This document shows positions 20,385 through 29,672 of a DNA stretch of 56,801 nt, in pieces. The notes under the pieces were generated by a model. It had not been told where the DNA came from, made no database searches, and saw only the letters and a list, made by a program, of their open reading frames with translations. Made by a program: the position numbers and the translations under genes. Source of the stretch: Candidatus Pacearchaeota archaeon (lineage in GTDB: Archaea; Nanobdellota; Nanobdellia; Pacearchaeales; GW2011-AR1); NCBI GenBank assembly GCA_018304165.1, contig JAGVWS010000034.1:1-56801 (forward strand), in the 5' to 3' direction. Each line of letters opens with the position of its first letter. The first letter of the stretch is position 1.

Positions 20385-20762
20385 ATGACACAAAAACCAA
20401 GAAGTTTAGAAGCGCCCGGAGAAGTAGATTACGATTACAAGAACGATATTTTGTTCTTCAAAGTCAAGGACAGAGAATATGACCGTTCTATAGAGTTCCA
20501 AAACTTAGTAATTGACGTTGATTCAGAAAACTTCATAACGGGGCTTCAGATATTCAACGCTTCAGAATACTTAGGCTTGCCTAAAGAAAACTTAAGGAAT
20601 GTTCCTAACTGGAAATTCCAATCAACAACAAAGGAAGGAGCAATTGAGATAAGATTATTCTTCCAAACTATGTTAAGAAACAAGATTATAGAAAACAGGC
20701 CAATAATCCAATTACAAAGCGAAGAAAACCTACCAAATTCTGAAATAATAGTAGAAGTTTAA
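20385..20762 (+). CDS. DUF2283-like protein
   Basis: DYDYKNDILFF...LVIDVDSENFITGLQIFNAS pattern. Confidence 0.7.
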   Translation: MTQKPRSLEAPGEVDYDYKNDILFFKVKDREYDRSIEFQNLVIDVDSENFITGLQIFNASEYLGLPKENLRNVPNWKFQSTTKEGAIEIRLFFQTMLRNKIIENRPIIQLQSEENLPNSEIIVEV

Positions 20763-20868
20763 GAAGATTGTCGAGATGGGAATGGTGAGTTATTTGTGTC
20801 CAACTAATTTTCTATGTTTAAGGTGCTGCTCTGCTCAAATCACGACGGCGGAGCTTACATTTCCAAAA

Positions 20869-20941
20869 CGCTCCCACCGGGATTCGAACCCGGGTTTCGA
20901 GCTCGAGAAGCTCGAGTCATTGTCCCCTAGACCATGAGAGC
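20869..20941 (-). tRNA. tRNA-Glu(CTC)
   Basis: Cloverleaf GCTCTCA/TGGGAGC; anticodon arm CGAGC-TTCTCGA-GCTCG; GTTCGAATC T-arm. Confidence 0.96.
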
Positions 20942-21249
20942 ATTGGCTTTTAGACGTTCTAAGCGTTTTAAATGTTTACTATTGCTAAAACCTATCTCTC
21001 TCAAATATTTCTCAATACTCGCTTTTTCTGAAATGTATATTTGCCTGTTTAAAATAATTTTAGAAGTCTTAATACCTAAACTTAAGAAAGCATTCCTAAC
21101 ATCATTTAGAAGTCAAATCGCTTAACAAAACTCGTTCTATCAACTATCATCATATATTTATTAGTAGTTTTAACGGTAATTATCTATGCATTACTGCTAG
21201 ATTACGCTAATTTTCTACTTGTTTAAGTCTGCTGCTATAACTTCAGAGA

Positions 21250-21498
21250 TCACAACTTATAAACTTTATATCCCTTTCTTGCCTTTTCTTTAAGAAGAAT
21301 TCCAACTTCATCGCCTTTCTTGGCGCTCTGCACGGGCTTTCTGTTTATCTGCATGCTTTCAACTGCCTGTGTAATGTCTGTCTCGCCGCCCTTTACTCTT
21401 ATGCTGTCTCCCACTTTGAGCGCTGCAGCAAGCTTTATAGCAGCTGCATTTACATGCGCGAAGAAGTCAGAAACTTCTCCTATGAGCTTTTCTGCCAT
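21250..21498 (-). CDS. Stand-alone EF-Tu domain II / U32-C-terminal-like beta-barrel protein
   Basis: IGEVSDFF...LKVGDSIRVKG...VESMQI...AKKGDEVGI. Confidence 0.85.
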   Translation of the reverse strand: MAEKLIGEVSDFFAHVNAAAIKLAAALKVGDSIRVKGGETDITQAVESMQINRKPVQSAKKGDEVGILLKEKARKGYKVYKL

Positions 21499-21573
21499 GA
21501 ATTATATAGTGTGAAAGGGTATATAAAATTAACTCCCTGACGTTTTTGATTATGCGTCTGAAAGGGAAAGGAA

Positions 21574-21646
21574 TAGCCCCACCAGGATTCGAACCTGGAT
21601 TAACGGCTCCAGAGGCCATCGTACTTACCAATTATACTATGGGGCT
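21574..21646 (-). tRNA. tRNA-Gln(CTG)
   Basis: AGCCCCA/TGGGGCT acceptor; ATGGC-CTCTGGA-GCCGT anticodon arm. Confidence 0.96.
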
Positions 21647-21748
21647 ATCAATTAATGATTGGGCAGAGCCTTTTAAATATTTTCAAATGCTGGTTACAAA
21701 AATATTTAAACAGCCTCTAACTGAATAGATTATACCAAAGGGGTTAGA

Positions 21749-22105
21749 ATGGCAAATCCGATAATTATTGTCATCGTGGCTTTGTTAGTGTTATGGCTGT
21801 TTGTCAAATTCAAGGAAATAAGGCACAGGCTGTTTGGGACTGTCATACTTCTTTTGATCCTCTCTATGTTTCTGTCTGCTTCCTATGTCATAAAGAAGAA
21901 CAGCCTTGATTTGAGGGAGGAGGGGAGTTTTGGGAAATTTACAAAATATTATATGGTGTGGATAGGCGGAATCTTCTCCAGTGCAAAGCAGATAACGGGC
22001 AGCGTCGCCAGTTATGACTGGGGCTCCGTTAAAAGTCCGGACATAGATTATCTTCCCAATTCAGGGCAGAATAATTCTAACTCATCTGCGCAGAGTCCGG
22101 AGTGA
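21749..22105 (+). CDS. Small membrane protein
   Basis: Two N-terminal hydrophobic helices. Confidence 0.8.
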   Translation: MANPIIIVIVALLVLWLFVKFKEIRHRLFGTVILLLILSMFLSASYVIKKNSLDLREEGSFGKFTKYYMVWIGGIFSSAKQITGSVASYDWGSVKSPDIDYLPNSGQNNSNSSAQSPE

Positions 22106-22115
22106 GGGCAGGAAA

Positions 22116-22379
22116 ATGAGGATAATAACTTTTTTGGCTGTATTTCTTCTTTTTGGGGCTTTTTATATTATATCTGAAAAAAACCTTTACGTCACCAATA
22201 ATGAAGATTTATCGACGCTGAAAGCAAGTTATTCAGGATGGCTTTTTTCTGCTGTCAAAGGAGCTGCTGGTTTTGTCGGACAGGTTGTAAAGATGGAATG
22301 GCTTCCGGATGTAAAGACTGAAGAAGTTGTTAATGAAACAGATAATATTAATTCTTCCAATGTGTCCGGTAAGAGTTGA
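22116..22379 (+). CDS. Small membrane protein, similar to the C-terminal part of the upstream gene
   Basis: TM helix then Y..W...V..M.W pattern shared with 21749-22105. Confidence 0.75.
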   Translation: MRIITFLAVFLLFGAFYIISEKNLYVTNNEDLSTLKASYSGWLFSAVKGAAGFVGQVVKMEWLPDVKTEEVVNETDNINSSNVSGKS

Positions 22380-22467
22380 TGATTATTTTTCAGTAGATAA
22401 TTTTGATGGGAGCGCTTTGGATTGAATCTGGGACTGTATAAAATTCTATTCTGATTCAAAGAGAATA

Positions 22468-22541
22468 AGCCCTAGCTGGGGATCGAACCCAGGACCTCGG
22501 CCTTACCATGGCCGCGCTCTACCGGCTGTAGCTACTAGGGC
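22468..22541 (-). tRNA. tRNA-Thr(GGT)
   Basis: GCCCTAG/CTAGGGC acceptor; CGGCC-ATGGTAA-GGCCG anticodon arm; GTTCGATCC T-arm. Confidence 0.93.
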
Positions 22542-23534
22542 GATTTTATTAAGATGACGTTTATTTGAGAACCCTATTAGGTTCATCCATTTTCTTAATT
22601 GTTCAATACCATAAATTTCTATTTTATAAACTTGCCTGTTTCTAACAAAAAGAGTATATAATTGGAAATGTTTAGAGAGATAACTCTTGACGTCCTCAAA
22701 TAGGTTTTTACTGGCAGTTGTAAGGGATATTCTTGGATAAGGCGAACGGTATGATTTTCTTTTGTCAAACGTTATTCCTCCATCAGTATCAAAAATCCCT
22801 CGTAAGGTTGCTCTTATGTTTTCTTCTCCGGAATTTTTTATTTTCTCCGGAATTTTTACAGTATAAGTTTTCTTTCCTGGAGTAAATTCAAGAAACACTT
22901 TTAAAAAATAAAACAACTTGCGAGAATAAATTACAATTCTAACAGCGTTTTCTCTAGAAGAAGGTTTGTAAATATGGGGCTTTGCATCAGGAATAATACT
23001 CTTTATTATTGGTATGATCCTTTCTTTATAATAAGGCAGGTCATATCTTATATCTCCTGCAAATTCTATGTGATACAATTTATTCTTATAAACGTTAAAA
23101 CAACCGTCACCAATAAATGTGCCTGCTAATTCGCATATTTCTGGCGATAACTTTAAAGAAGAAAATGAAGATAGTAATTTTTCTATTTCTATTTTAGTAT
23201 GAATCTTTTTTAGTTTTCTACCTTCCTTAAATTTTTCAATATTTTTTAGATAAGCTGCCTTTCCGCCCTTCACTTTGCCGTGATTATCTGGCAGTTCCTC
23301 AATATTTGACAAAATTTTAGTTTTTTCAGTATCATTTAAGGAAATAATTAATTTATTAAAAAGCTCTTTTGGCATCGACCAGTAACCCTTTCTGTAATTA
23401 TCAAATGTAGATCGCGGTATGCTAAAATAAGTCCGAACACTTGCCCATGTCCCGTTCATTTTAGTTCTTACTGAATTGAAAAGAGTATTAAGAATAATGG
23501 GATTTTTAATTATGACTCTCATATTTATTATCAT
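22503..23534 (-). CDS. Free-standing two-motif LAGLIDADG endonuclease family protein overlapping tRNA-Thr
   Basis: ELAGTFIGDGCF and TLRGIFDTDGGI motifs; HTH-like N-terminus; no intein termini; markedly AT-rich. Confidence 0.9.
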   Translation of the reverse strand: MIINMRVIIKNPIILNTLFNSVRTKMNGTWASVRTYFSIPRSTFDNYRKGYWSMPKELFNKLIISLNDTEKTKILSNIEELPDNHGKVKGGKAAYLKNIEKFKEGRKLKKIHTKIEIEKLLSSFSSLKLSPEICELAGTFIGDGCFNVYKNKLYHIEFAGDIRYDLPYYKERIIPIIKSIIPDAKPHIYKPSSRENAVRIVIYSRKLFYFLKVFLEFTPGKKTYTVKIPEKIKNSGEENIRATLRGIFDTDGGITFDKRKSYRSPYPRISLTTASKNLFEDVKSYLSKHFQLYTLFVRNRQVYKIEIYGIEQLRKWMNLIGFSNKRHLNKIALVATAGRARPW

Positions 23535-23627
23535 ATAGTGATCTTTATATATTTTGTGTGACTGTACTGCAGAAGCATTATTTTTGCGACTAATAATTTT
23601 ATAAACCCTTTAAATTATTAAACCTTC

Positions 23628-24122
23628 ATGGAAAAGTCTGAGAAGGACAGAAAGCTGGAAAAGTTGAAGAACGAATACTCAAAGCTCCAGGAAAAATATT
23701 CTCTGCCGAGCTTTGAGGAGCTGAATAATTATTTTGATATAGATCTCGTAGCGGGAAAGCATTTTGACAGGCTGTTGAGGGCTGTAAGGAGGAGGATGAC
23801 TGAGAAGACGAGTTCTTATCTTAGGTTCATGGAGGTGTTTTTGAATCCTGCCCAGGCGCCCCTCTTCTATATGATGCTGGCAAAGAATATGTCCGAAGAA
23901 GGAAGAAAGGCAATAAATGAAATATATTTTGAGCTTGGAAGGATTGAAATACTTCATTTAGAGGTGGAGAATACTGGTTCTGATGAAAGAGAGGCAGAAT
24001 TCATAAAGGAGATTTTTGGGTGCTGGCCAAAGATAAGGGAGCACATAGGTGTTTTAGTTGACATCTTCAAAAAGGGATGGAAAAAGAAATCTGAGCTGAA
24101 GGACAAGACTTATTTTGGGTAA
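23628..24122 (+). CDS. Hypothetical protein
   Basis: 164-aa ORF with TATA box; codon style like core genes. Confidence 0.85.
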   Translation: MEKSEKDRKLEKLKNEYSKLQEKYSLPSFEELNNYFDIDLVAGKHFDRLLRAVRRRMTEKTSSYLRFMEVFLNPAQAPLFYMMLAKNMSEEGRKAINEIYFELGRIEILHLEVENTGSDEREAEFIKEIFGCWPKIREHIGVLVDIFKKGWKKKSELKDKTYFG

Positions 24123-24156
24123 GAGATTCTATTTTGTGAATATATAATACTCCTTT

Positions 24157-24400
24157 CCACTAGTCTATTGACTAGTGGCATAACCTTTTTCTTTGTGAAT
24201 GATCATTAATCAGGGAGAGCTTGTTGCAGCTCTCTGAAAATTTGCGAATCAAACATAGCTGTAGCTTTCTCTCGCTAATAAACTTATCGGAGGATAACAT
24301 GAAAGAAAATCCAACATGCTATAGTTCAGTTGTAGGAGAAAGCTGGCATCACTTGATGATGAAAGTCAAGTATTGCTATAAAATCTTTGACATGGGAGAA
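24157..24400 (+). mobile_element. IS200/IS605-like remnant: terminal hairpin plus truncated TnpA(Y1) N-terminus
   Basis: CCACTAGTC-TATT-GACTAGTGG hairpin; GGAGG RBS then ATG 24299 MKENPTCYSSVVGESWHHLMMKVKYCYKIF, resembling the Y1 H...KY start; HUH motif absent. Confidence 0.6.
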
Positions 24401-24550
24401 GTATATAAATTCTCGCTTTTTATCCCAAATATCGCTATAAAACGAATATTTATCTCGCTTAATAGTTGTTAGTTTCAATCAGAAGTCGGCCTACAAGAAT
24501 CACACGCAAAGAGAAACTTTAATAAATTGCTATAATCTTAACTTAATATC

Positions 24551-25567
24551 ATGAAGCTTTATCAAGAAATAATCCAAAAATCTCAACCTGTTGATGTTAA
24601 ATTTGAGAAATTGAAAGCATCCCAACTTAATGAGGTTGAGATCGTTTTTCATGTTCCTACTATTCACCCAAGGGTAAAAGAAATTTCAAGTTATACATAC
24701 AAATCTTTGAAAATAGAAAATCTTCCTCAAACAGACGTATTTAACTTAACAAAAAATCATATCTTCATAATTGATGAATCAGTCAGCAAACAAAAATTTA
24801 TTCAAGAGTTCATTAAGAAACAAAAAGTAAGCCCGATTATCCTTAAATCAATTGAAGGAAAAGTAAAAACAAAACCTTTTCTTGATGATTTAATAAAATC
24901 TCACAATCTAGATAAGAAACAAAATTTAACTCTTGTCGTAATCGGAGGCGGTTTGCTTCTCAATGTTGGTGCTTATCTTGCAGAAAGAACATCAGCAAAC
25001 CTTATATATCTCCCGACAACCGCATTAGCTATGAGTGATAGTGCAGGCGGGAAAGTAAGAGTAAATTTTGTTTCAAATAATCGGGCTTACAAACATTTCT
25101 ACAAATCGTTTTATGAACCAAATGCAATGTTTCTTGATGAACGATTTTTAGAATCTCTTCCTGAAAAACAAAAAAAGATTGGTTTTGTTGAAATAATAAA
25201 GCATGGTTTGTTTCAAAGCCCAAAACTTTACAATTATCTATTAGATTCAGGAAGAGATTTGTTTGCTGACACTCAAAAAATGAAGAAAGCCATTCTCTGG
25301 GCTTCTGATTTGAAAAGAGTGTGTATTGAAATAGATGTAGAAGAAAATGAGAATGGTTCACGAAGAATTCTTCGAGGAGGACATGATTTTTCTGATAGAA
25401 TTGAGGAAGATTTAATGCTTGAAATTCCGCACGGAATTGCGGTAGCTATTGGAATCATAAAGCAATTAGAAATGGAACATGAAAAACAACTTCTTGATAA
25501 AGCTAAAAAAATGTTTGATTTGATGGATATTCCTTACACGATTGAAGAATATAGCAATTGGAAATAG
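24551..25567 (+). CDS. 3-dehydroquinate synthase-like sugar-phosphate cyclase (divergent)
   Basis: IGGG, LPTTALAMSDS.GGK, FYEP...LD..FL.SLP, EIIKHG, GGH, PHG.AVAIG. Confidence 0.85.
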   Translation: MKLYQEIIQKSQPVDVKFEKLKASQLNEVEIVFHVPTIHPRVKEISSYTYKSLKIENLPQTDVFNLTKNHIFIIDESVSKQKFIQEFIKKQKVSPIILKSIEGKVKTKPFLDDLIKSHNLDKKQNLTLVVIGGGLLLNVGAYLAERTSANLIYLPTTALAMSDSAGGKVRVNFVSNNRAYKHFYKSFYEPNAMFLDERFLESLPEKQKKIGFVEIIKHGLFQSPKLYNYLLDSGRDLFADTQKMKKAILWASDLKRVCIEIDVEENENGSRRILRGGHDFSDRIEEDLMLEIPHGIAVAIGIIKQLEMEHEKQLLDKAKKMFDLMDIPYTIEEYSNWK

Positions 25568-25650
25568 TTGCGCACTAAGAAAGAGGAACGGCCGACTTCT
25601 GACTCTGAAATTTTCCTTCGGAACGTTGTACTAAATTTTTGTCCTTCGGA

Positions 25651-25794
25651 GAATATAACAAGGGTTATGAGGTTACGAAGTCTTGCAGGTTTCTCCACCC
25701 AAATTTATTTTTCGAGGTCGGAATTTTGTGGGTTGCCTCAAAATTCCCTCGCTCTGAAAAATCAACTTCGTTAAATTCCGATGTTAGTTTCAAT
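25651..25794 (+). repeat. attC-like imperfect palindrome
   Basis: GAATATAACA...TGTTAGTTTC ends (8/10 complementary); inner ACGAAGT/ACTTCGT and GGAATTTTG/CAAAATTCC stems; identical TGTTAGTTTCAAT at 24467. Confidence 0.55.
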
Positions 25795-25862
25795 AAGCGG
25801 GCGAACTAAACAATAGTCCAAATCTGCGATTTGGGAAATTAATAGAAAACGGGCGGGCGCCT

Positions 25863-26300
25863 TTAACCCAATTCCCCGACTACAATATCATAAAGTCTTT
25901 TTGCTTGAAGATTTTCTTTCAGTCTATCAACATCTCCTCCCCTATCATAGTTGAATAATGTATCAACTGTTTCGTATGGATGTCCTGCAACTTTTGCTAT
26001 CAAATCCACGCTTCTTACTTGAATAGATAATTTAGAAATTCTACCTTTATTCATTCCGAATTGACTTGGTTCTGCAAAGAACTTAACAGAAGCTCGAATT
26101 TCTGGTTGACATGCATGTCCTCGCTCTGGTGTATAAACATCCATCCAACCATTTCCGTCTGGATACCATTCAACAGAATATCCCTCTTCTACAAATCTTA
26201 GTGCTTTTTGTTTTTTATATTGTTTCCACTGTTCTAATTCTTCTCTTGTTCCTTCACAAAAGATTCCTTCTTCACTAAACCTTTCGATTTTAGGCATCAT
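25863..26300 (-). CDS. Hypothetical protein (cassette-like, own promoter)
   Basis: 145-aa ORF; AAAGGTTTAAATA promoter upstream; flanked by GGGCGGGCG inverted repeats. Confidence 0.8.
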   Translation of the reverse strand: MMPKIERFSEEGIFCEGTREELEQWKQYKKQKALRFVEEGYSVEWYPDGNGWMDVYTPERGHACQPEIRASVKFFAEPSQFGMNKGRISKLSIQVRSVDLIAKVAGHPYETVDTLFNYDRGGDVDRLKENLQAKRLYDIVVGELG

Positions 26301-26390
26301 ACAATTAGTATATCCTACTAGTATTTAAACCTTTCGGTTATTCACTACTTATAAAAGACTACATAATAACGACGCCCGCCCTAAAAAAGC

Positions 26391-26525
26391 TCGCCAACAA
26401 AAACTCCTTCGCAACTTCGTTGCTCGGTCACGTTGCACTCTCGTGCTTCGCACTCGGAGGATTTAACAGGCATTTTACGGCTCACTTCATTCGCACTTCG
26501 CATAAGCCGATACGTTAGGCGCAAT
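26391..26525 (+). repeat. attC-like site
   Basis: CGCCAAC (26392) and ATTTAAC (26461) R''-like boxes; GTTAGGCGCAAT R'-like end; CTTCG-rich hairpins. Confidence 0.55.
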
Positions 26526-26615
26526 CGGGCTACGGCGGGCTAATTTATTTAAACCTTCTTGTTTAGTAAGAGTTATGAGAATTTATTTTAATATTAATTG
26601 TTATGGGGTGATAAG

Positions 26616-27290
26616 ATGATTGACTTTAACGAGCTTATTGACAATTACCTGCAAAGGGAGGTTTTTCCGCGCAGTGTCGGAAGGTATTGGCCGAGCGAAG
26701 CTGGGGGATGCCTGAGGAAGACGTGGTTTACATTCAGGATTCCGAAAGAGGTTGAAAAGCCCCTGTCAAGAATATTTGAAATGGGGAATAGGGTTCATGA
26801 TTTAATAGCAGATGTTATACAATCAGAAAAGAACAAACATGTAAAGCTTATAGACAGGGAACTGCCTGTGAAGATCCAGAGGCCGGAATATATTGTCTCC
26901 GGAAAGATAGATGATTTAATTTTAGTGGTAGTTGATGGGACTAAGCACCTTGTTGAGGTGAAATCTGTGAAGTATCTTCCTGGAGAGCCGCGCAGTGAGC
27001 ATTTAATGCAGCTACAGTTATACATGCATTCCACTGAAGTCCATAACGGAATAATGCTCTATGTAAAGAAGGATGATTTTCAGATAAAGCAGTTTGAAGT
27101 CAATTACGACGAGAAAAGTGTCAGGGATATTCTTGCAAGGTTTGACAAACTCCATAAACATCTGGTTGAGGATAAAATTCCCGGACCCGAGGCAAAATTG
27201 ATTGAAGAAAAGAACTGGATGTGCTCCTTCTGCCCGTATGTCAAGGAGTGCGATGAAGCGGGCGGAGTTCTAAGAGATGATGATGCATAG
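26616..27290 (+). CDS. Solo Cas4-like PD-(D/E)XK nuclease with four-Cys Fe-S motif
   Basis: PSEAGGCLRK, GKIDD, VEVKS, QLQLY, CSFCPYVKEC; GGGGTGA RBS before ATG 26616. Confidence 0.88.
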   Translation: MIDFNELIDNYLQREVFPRSVGRYWPSEAGGCLRKTWFTFRIPKEVEKPLSRIFEMGNRVHDLIADVIQSEKNKHVKLIDRELPVKIQRPEYIVSGKIDDLILVVVDGTKHLVEVKSVKYLPGEPRSEHLMQLQLYMHSTEVHNGIMLYVKKDDFQIKQFEVNYDEKSVRDILARFDKLHKHLVEDKIPGPEAKLIEEKNWMCSFCPYVKECDEAGGVLRDDDA

Positions 27291-27572
27291 TCAGAAGTCA
27301 TTGAAAAAGAAAGTTAATCAGCCAGCCACACATTATTTTATTATATATACTTTCTAATATTGTAATAGCTTAGCTTTGTAAAGCTCTGACGATAAAAAAC
27401 TAATAATTTTCTGCTAATTTTTTTATTGACTACAATTACTTCATAAAGCTAGATACCTAATGTTAATTTTGGCTAATATGATAAATCTATTGTTGGTTGG
27501 ACAAATATAGTTAATTATTGATTGAAAGTTACTAAATGATATTTTGCTGTTGTTTACTCAAAATAGTATTTG

Positions 27573-27977
27573 TTAATTTTTTGCTAAAGCTCTCTTGGCT
27601 AAATCTGTTGATGCTCCGAGAGATATTAAAAAAGATAAGACATCATTATCATCAAGATTATTTGGCCTGATTATTTTAAGATGATTCTTAAACTTATTAA
27701 TTAGTCTTATATTCTGGATTATTCTGCCAAGTATTTCCGCTCTTGTTTTTAAGTCGGCTGCATTTAATTCATTAAGATCAATGATGAAAATAACATTCTT
27801 CTGCTTAGCCATCCTGCAAAGAACCTGATTTAAACCAGAGTCTCTCTCATAGAGAGAATCACGCTTATTATGAGCGTGGTCAAGAATAATTGCTTTGGTG
27901 CTTTTTCTTTCTATTAATTTTCTGTTAAAATCAGCGTTGCCGCCATGATAAATGCCTTTGCTAGGATCTTCTTTCAT
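27573..27977 (-). CDS. RNase P protein Rpp30-like (short)
   Basis: FNRKLIE, RDSGLNQVLCRMAK, GRIIQNIRL resemble archaeal Rpp30. Confidence 0.72.
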   Translation of the reverse strand: MKEDPSKGIYHGGNADFNRKLIERKSTKAIILDHAHNKRDSLYERDSGLNQVLCRMAKQKNVIFIIDLNELNAADLKTRAEILGRIIQNIRLINKFKNHLKIIRPNNLDDNDVLSFLISLGASTDLAKRALAKN

Positions 27978-27978
27978 A

Positions 27979-28664
27979 TTAATTGAATACAACTTCCGTG
28001 CCTATAAATTTCTTTCCTGAAACGAGATTGATGAGGTTTTTAATGTTCCCGCCAACTATGTAAGTCTTGATTTTGTCTTTAAGAATTATTTCTGAAGCAG
28101 TCTGGTCAATTACGAAGTGCTGGCCGGGCTTGTATTTCACGCTGTTGGCGACTCTAACGCATTAACATTTGGAATAAGCTTTGCAGACTTGTCCTTCCTC
28201 GGGTCACTAGTGTATAAACCATTAACATTAGTCATGTTGATGAAAGTTCCTTTCAGGAAGTGGGCGAGCTTTGCGGCTGTTGAGTCGCTTGTCTGCCTGT
28301 CTGCATAGCGAAGAGCTCCACAGAAAACAATGTCATGCTTTTTCAGGAGATTCTTAACATGCTTCATATCGTGCGGAATTCCTTCGTTAGAATCATGGTC
28401 AAAGAAATAACTGACAAAACGGGCATTGGTTCTTGTAATGGAAATTCCGATAAGGCTCTGGAGGTAATTTGAGATGCCTGCTTTTCTTAAAGACTTTATA
28501 TACACCCTGGCTGTGCTTCCTCCCCCGCAAACTATTACAAATTTGTGCTTTTTGGAGAGATTCTTTATAGCAGACTTAAATTCTGAAAGGAAACTATTAT
28601 TAATGCCCCCCGCGGGAACTATTAAGCTTCCACCAAGGCTTATGACAAAAATTTCTTTAGACAT
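27979..28664 (-). pseudogene. pyrH: UMP kinase, frameshifted near 28150
   Basis: VISLGGSL, VCGGG, TSDSTAA, TNVNGLYTSDP; C-terminus VANSVKYKPGQHFVIDQTAS...KFIGTEV continues in another frame to TAA at 27979. Confidence 0.85.
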
Positions 28665-28733
28665 GCGAAATACCTCTTTAAACCGCTTAACTCCTCATAT
28701 ATCTCTTACTATATAAATGTTTAAAACGAACTC

Positions 28734-29333
28734 TTGAGTTTTTATAATATGGTTCTAAAGTCTGAAGAATCTAAGGAATTTCCGCCAGGGGCTGATATTG
28801 CGGTTTATCTTTCTAAAACTCTTCCCAAGTATCTTTGTGACAGGCTGACTGAAAAGCTTTCTCAGATGCATTCATACAGAGTGAGGGTGGGGGAAAAGTT
28901 AGGCAAGGATGAGAGGGGAGAAGATATCATAGCTGAGGATATTATAACTATTGATATAGAGAGAAGGGGAAGAAGGGTCCTTATGAGACCGAGAGTAACA
29001 TCTAAGGATGATAGTGGCTTCTACGGGCTGGAGCTGGATGTATGGATGGAGAAGTGGGGGGAAAGTGAAAAGATAATGAACGGCTCTCTTAGCTCCTTGG
29101 TTGCTTCTCAGGATATAATAAACAACAGACTCAGGGAGCTATTTGGAAATAAGTATTATAATATTATTGGAAGGCTCAATATAATGGGTTTTCAGATACT
29201 TGAATCAGCGGAGAGAGAAGGAGTGGTTACCCTTAGAGCAAGGTTCAATAAGCCATATGAAAAGCCATCTACAAACAGGAAGGCATTCTTTGACGGGCTT
29301 GTCAGACTGGCAATGAAGGGCACTCTTTATTGA
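28734..29333 (+). CDS. Hypothetical protein (likely start ATG 28749)
   Basis: About 195-aa ORF with core-like codon style. Confidence 0.75.
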   Translation: MSFYNMVLKSEESKEFPPGADIAVYLSKTLPKYLCDRLTEKLSQMHSYRVRVGEKLGKDERGEDIIAEDIITIDIERRGRRVLMRPRVTSKDDSGFYGLELDVWMEKWGESEKIMNGSLSSLVASQDIINNRLRELFGNKYYNIIGRLNIMGFQILESAEREGVVTLRARFNKPYEKPSTNRKAFFDGLVRLAMKGTLY

Positions 29334-29433
29334 TAAATATCTATTGATAGAAAATCTCCACAGATTATTATGCCCTAACTTATTACAGTTGGCTATAATT
29401 TAAGAATATCCTGCAAATTCTTAGTCATCCATT

Positions 29434-29606
29434 AAATTTAAGATGATAATGCATGTTGAGTTTTGTTGATACTTTTTGTTATTGATAATTATTATCCTGA
29501 TAGTTGGCTGAATTTAAGATGATAATGCATGTTAGACATTATTGATAATTATTATCCTGATAGTTGGCTGAATTTAAAATGGTAGTGTATGTTGAGTTTC
29601 ATTAAT
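29434..29606. repeat. 60-bp-period tandem repeat between convergent genes
   Basis: TTATTGATAATTATTATCCTGATAGTTGGCTGAATTTAA twice and AATTTAAGATGATAATGCATGTT two to three times. Confidence 0.85.
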
Positions 29607-29672
29607 AATTTTTGTTTAAGATATTATTGAATTATTTTTATATAAAACTTTATAGCTATAAATAAGAAATCT

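Noticed and set aside
21546..21728. Track ORF of 60 aa
   Set aside because: Antisense shadow of tRNA-Gln
22503..23534. Intein or tRNA-intron-encoded endonuclease
   Set aside because: No intein terminal residues or host exteins; the tRNA is contiguous, with no BHB enclosing the ORF
25568..25774. Track ORF of 68 aa
   Set aside because: Lies wholly in the attC-like palindromic region
26616..27290. cas4 as evidence of a CRISPR-Cas locus
   Set aside because: Solo Cas4-like nucleases are common in archaea; no other cas gene or array is adjacent
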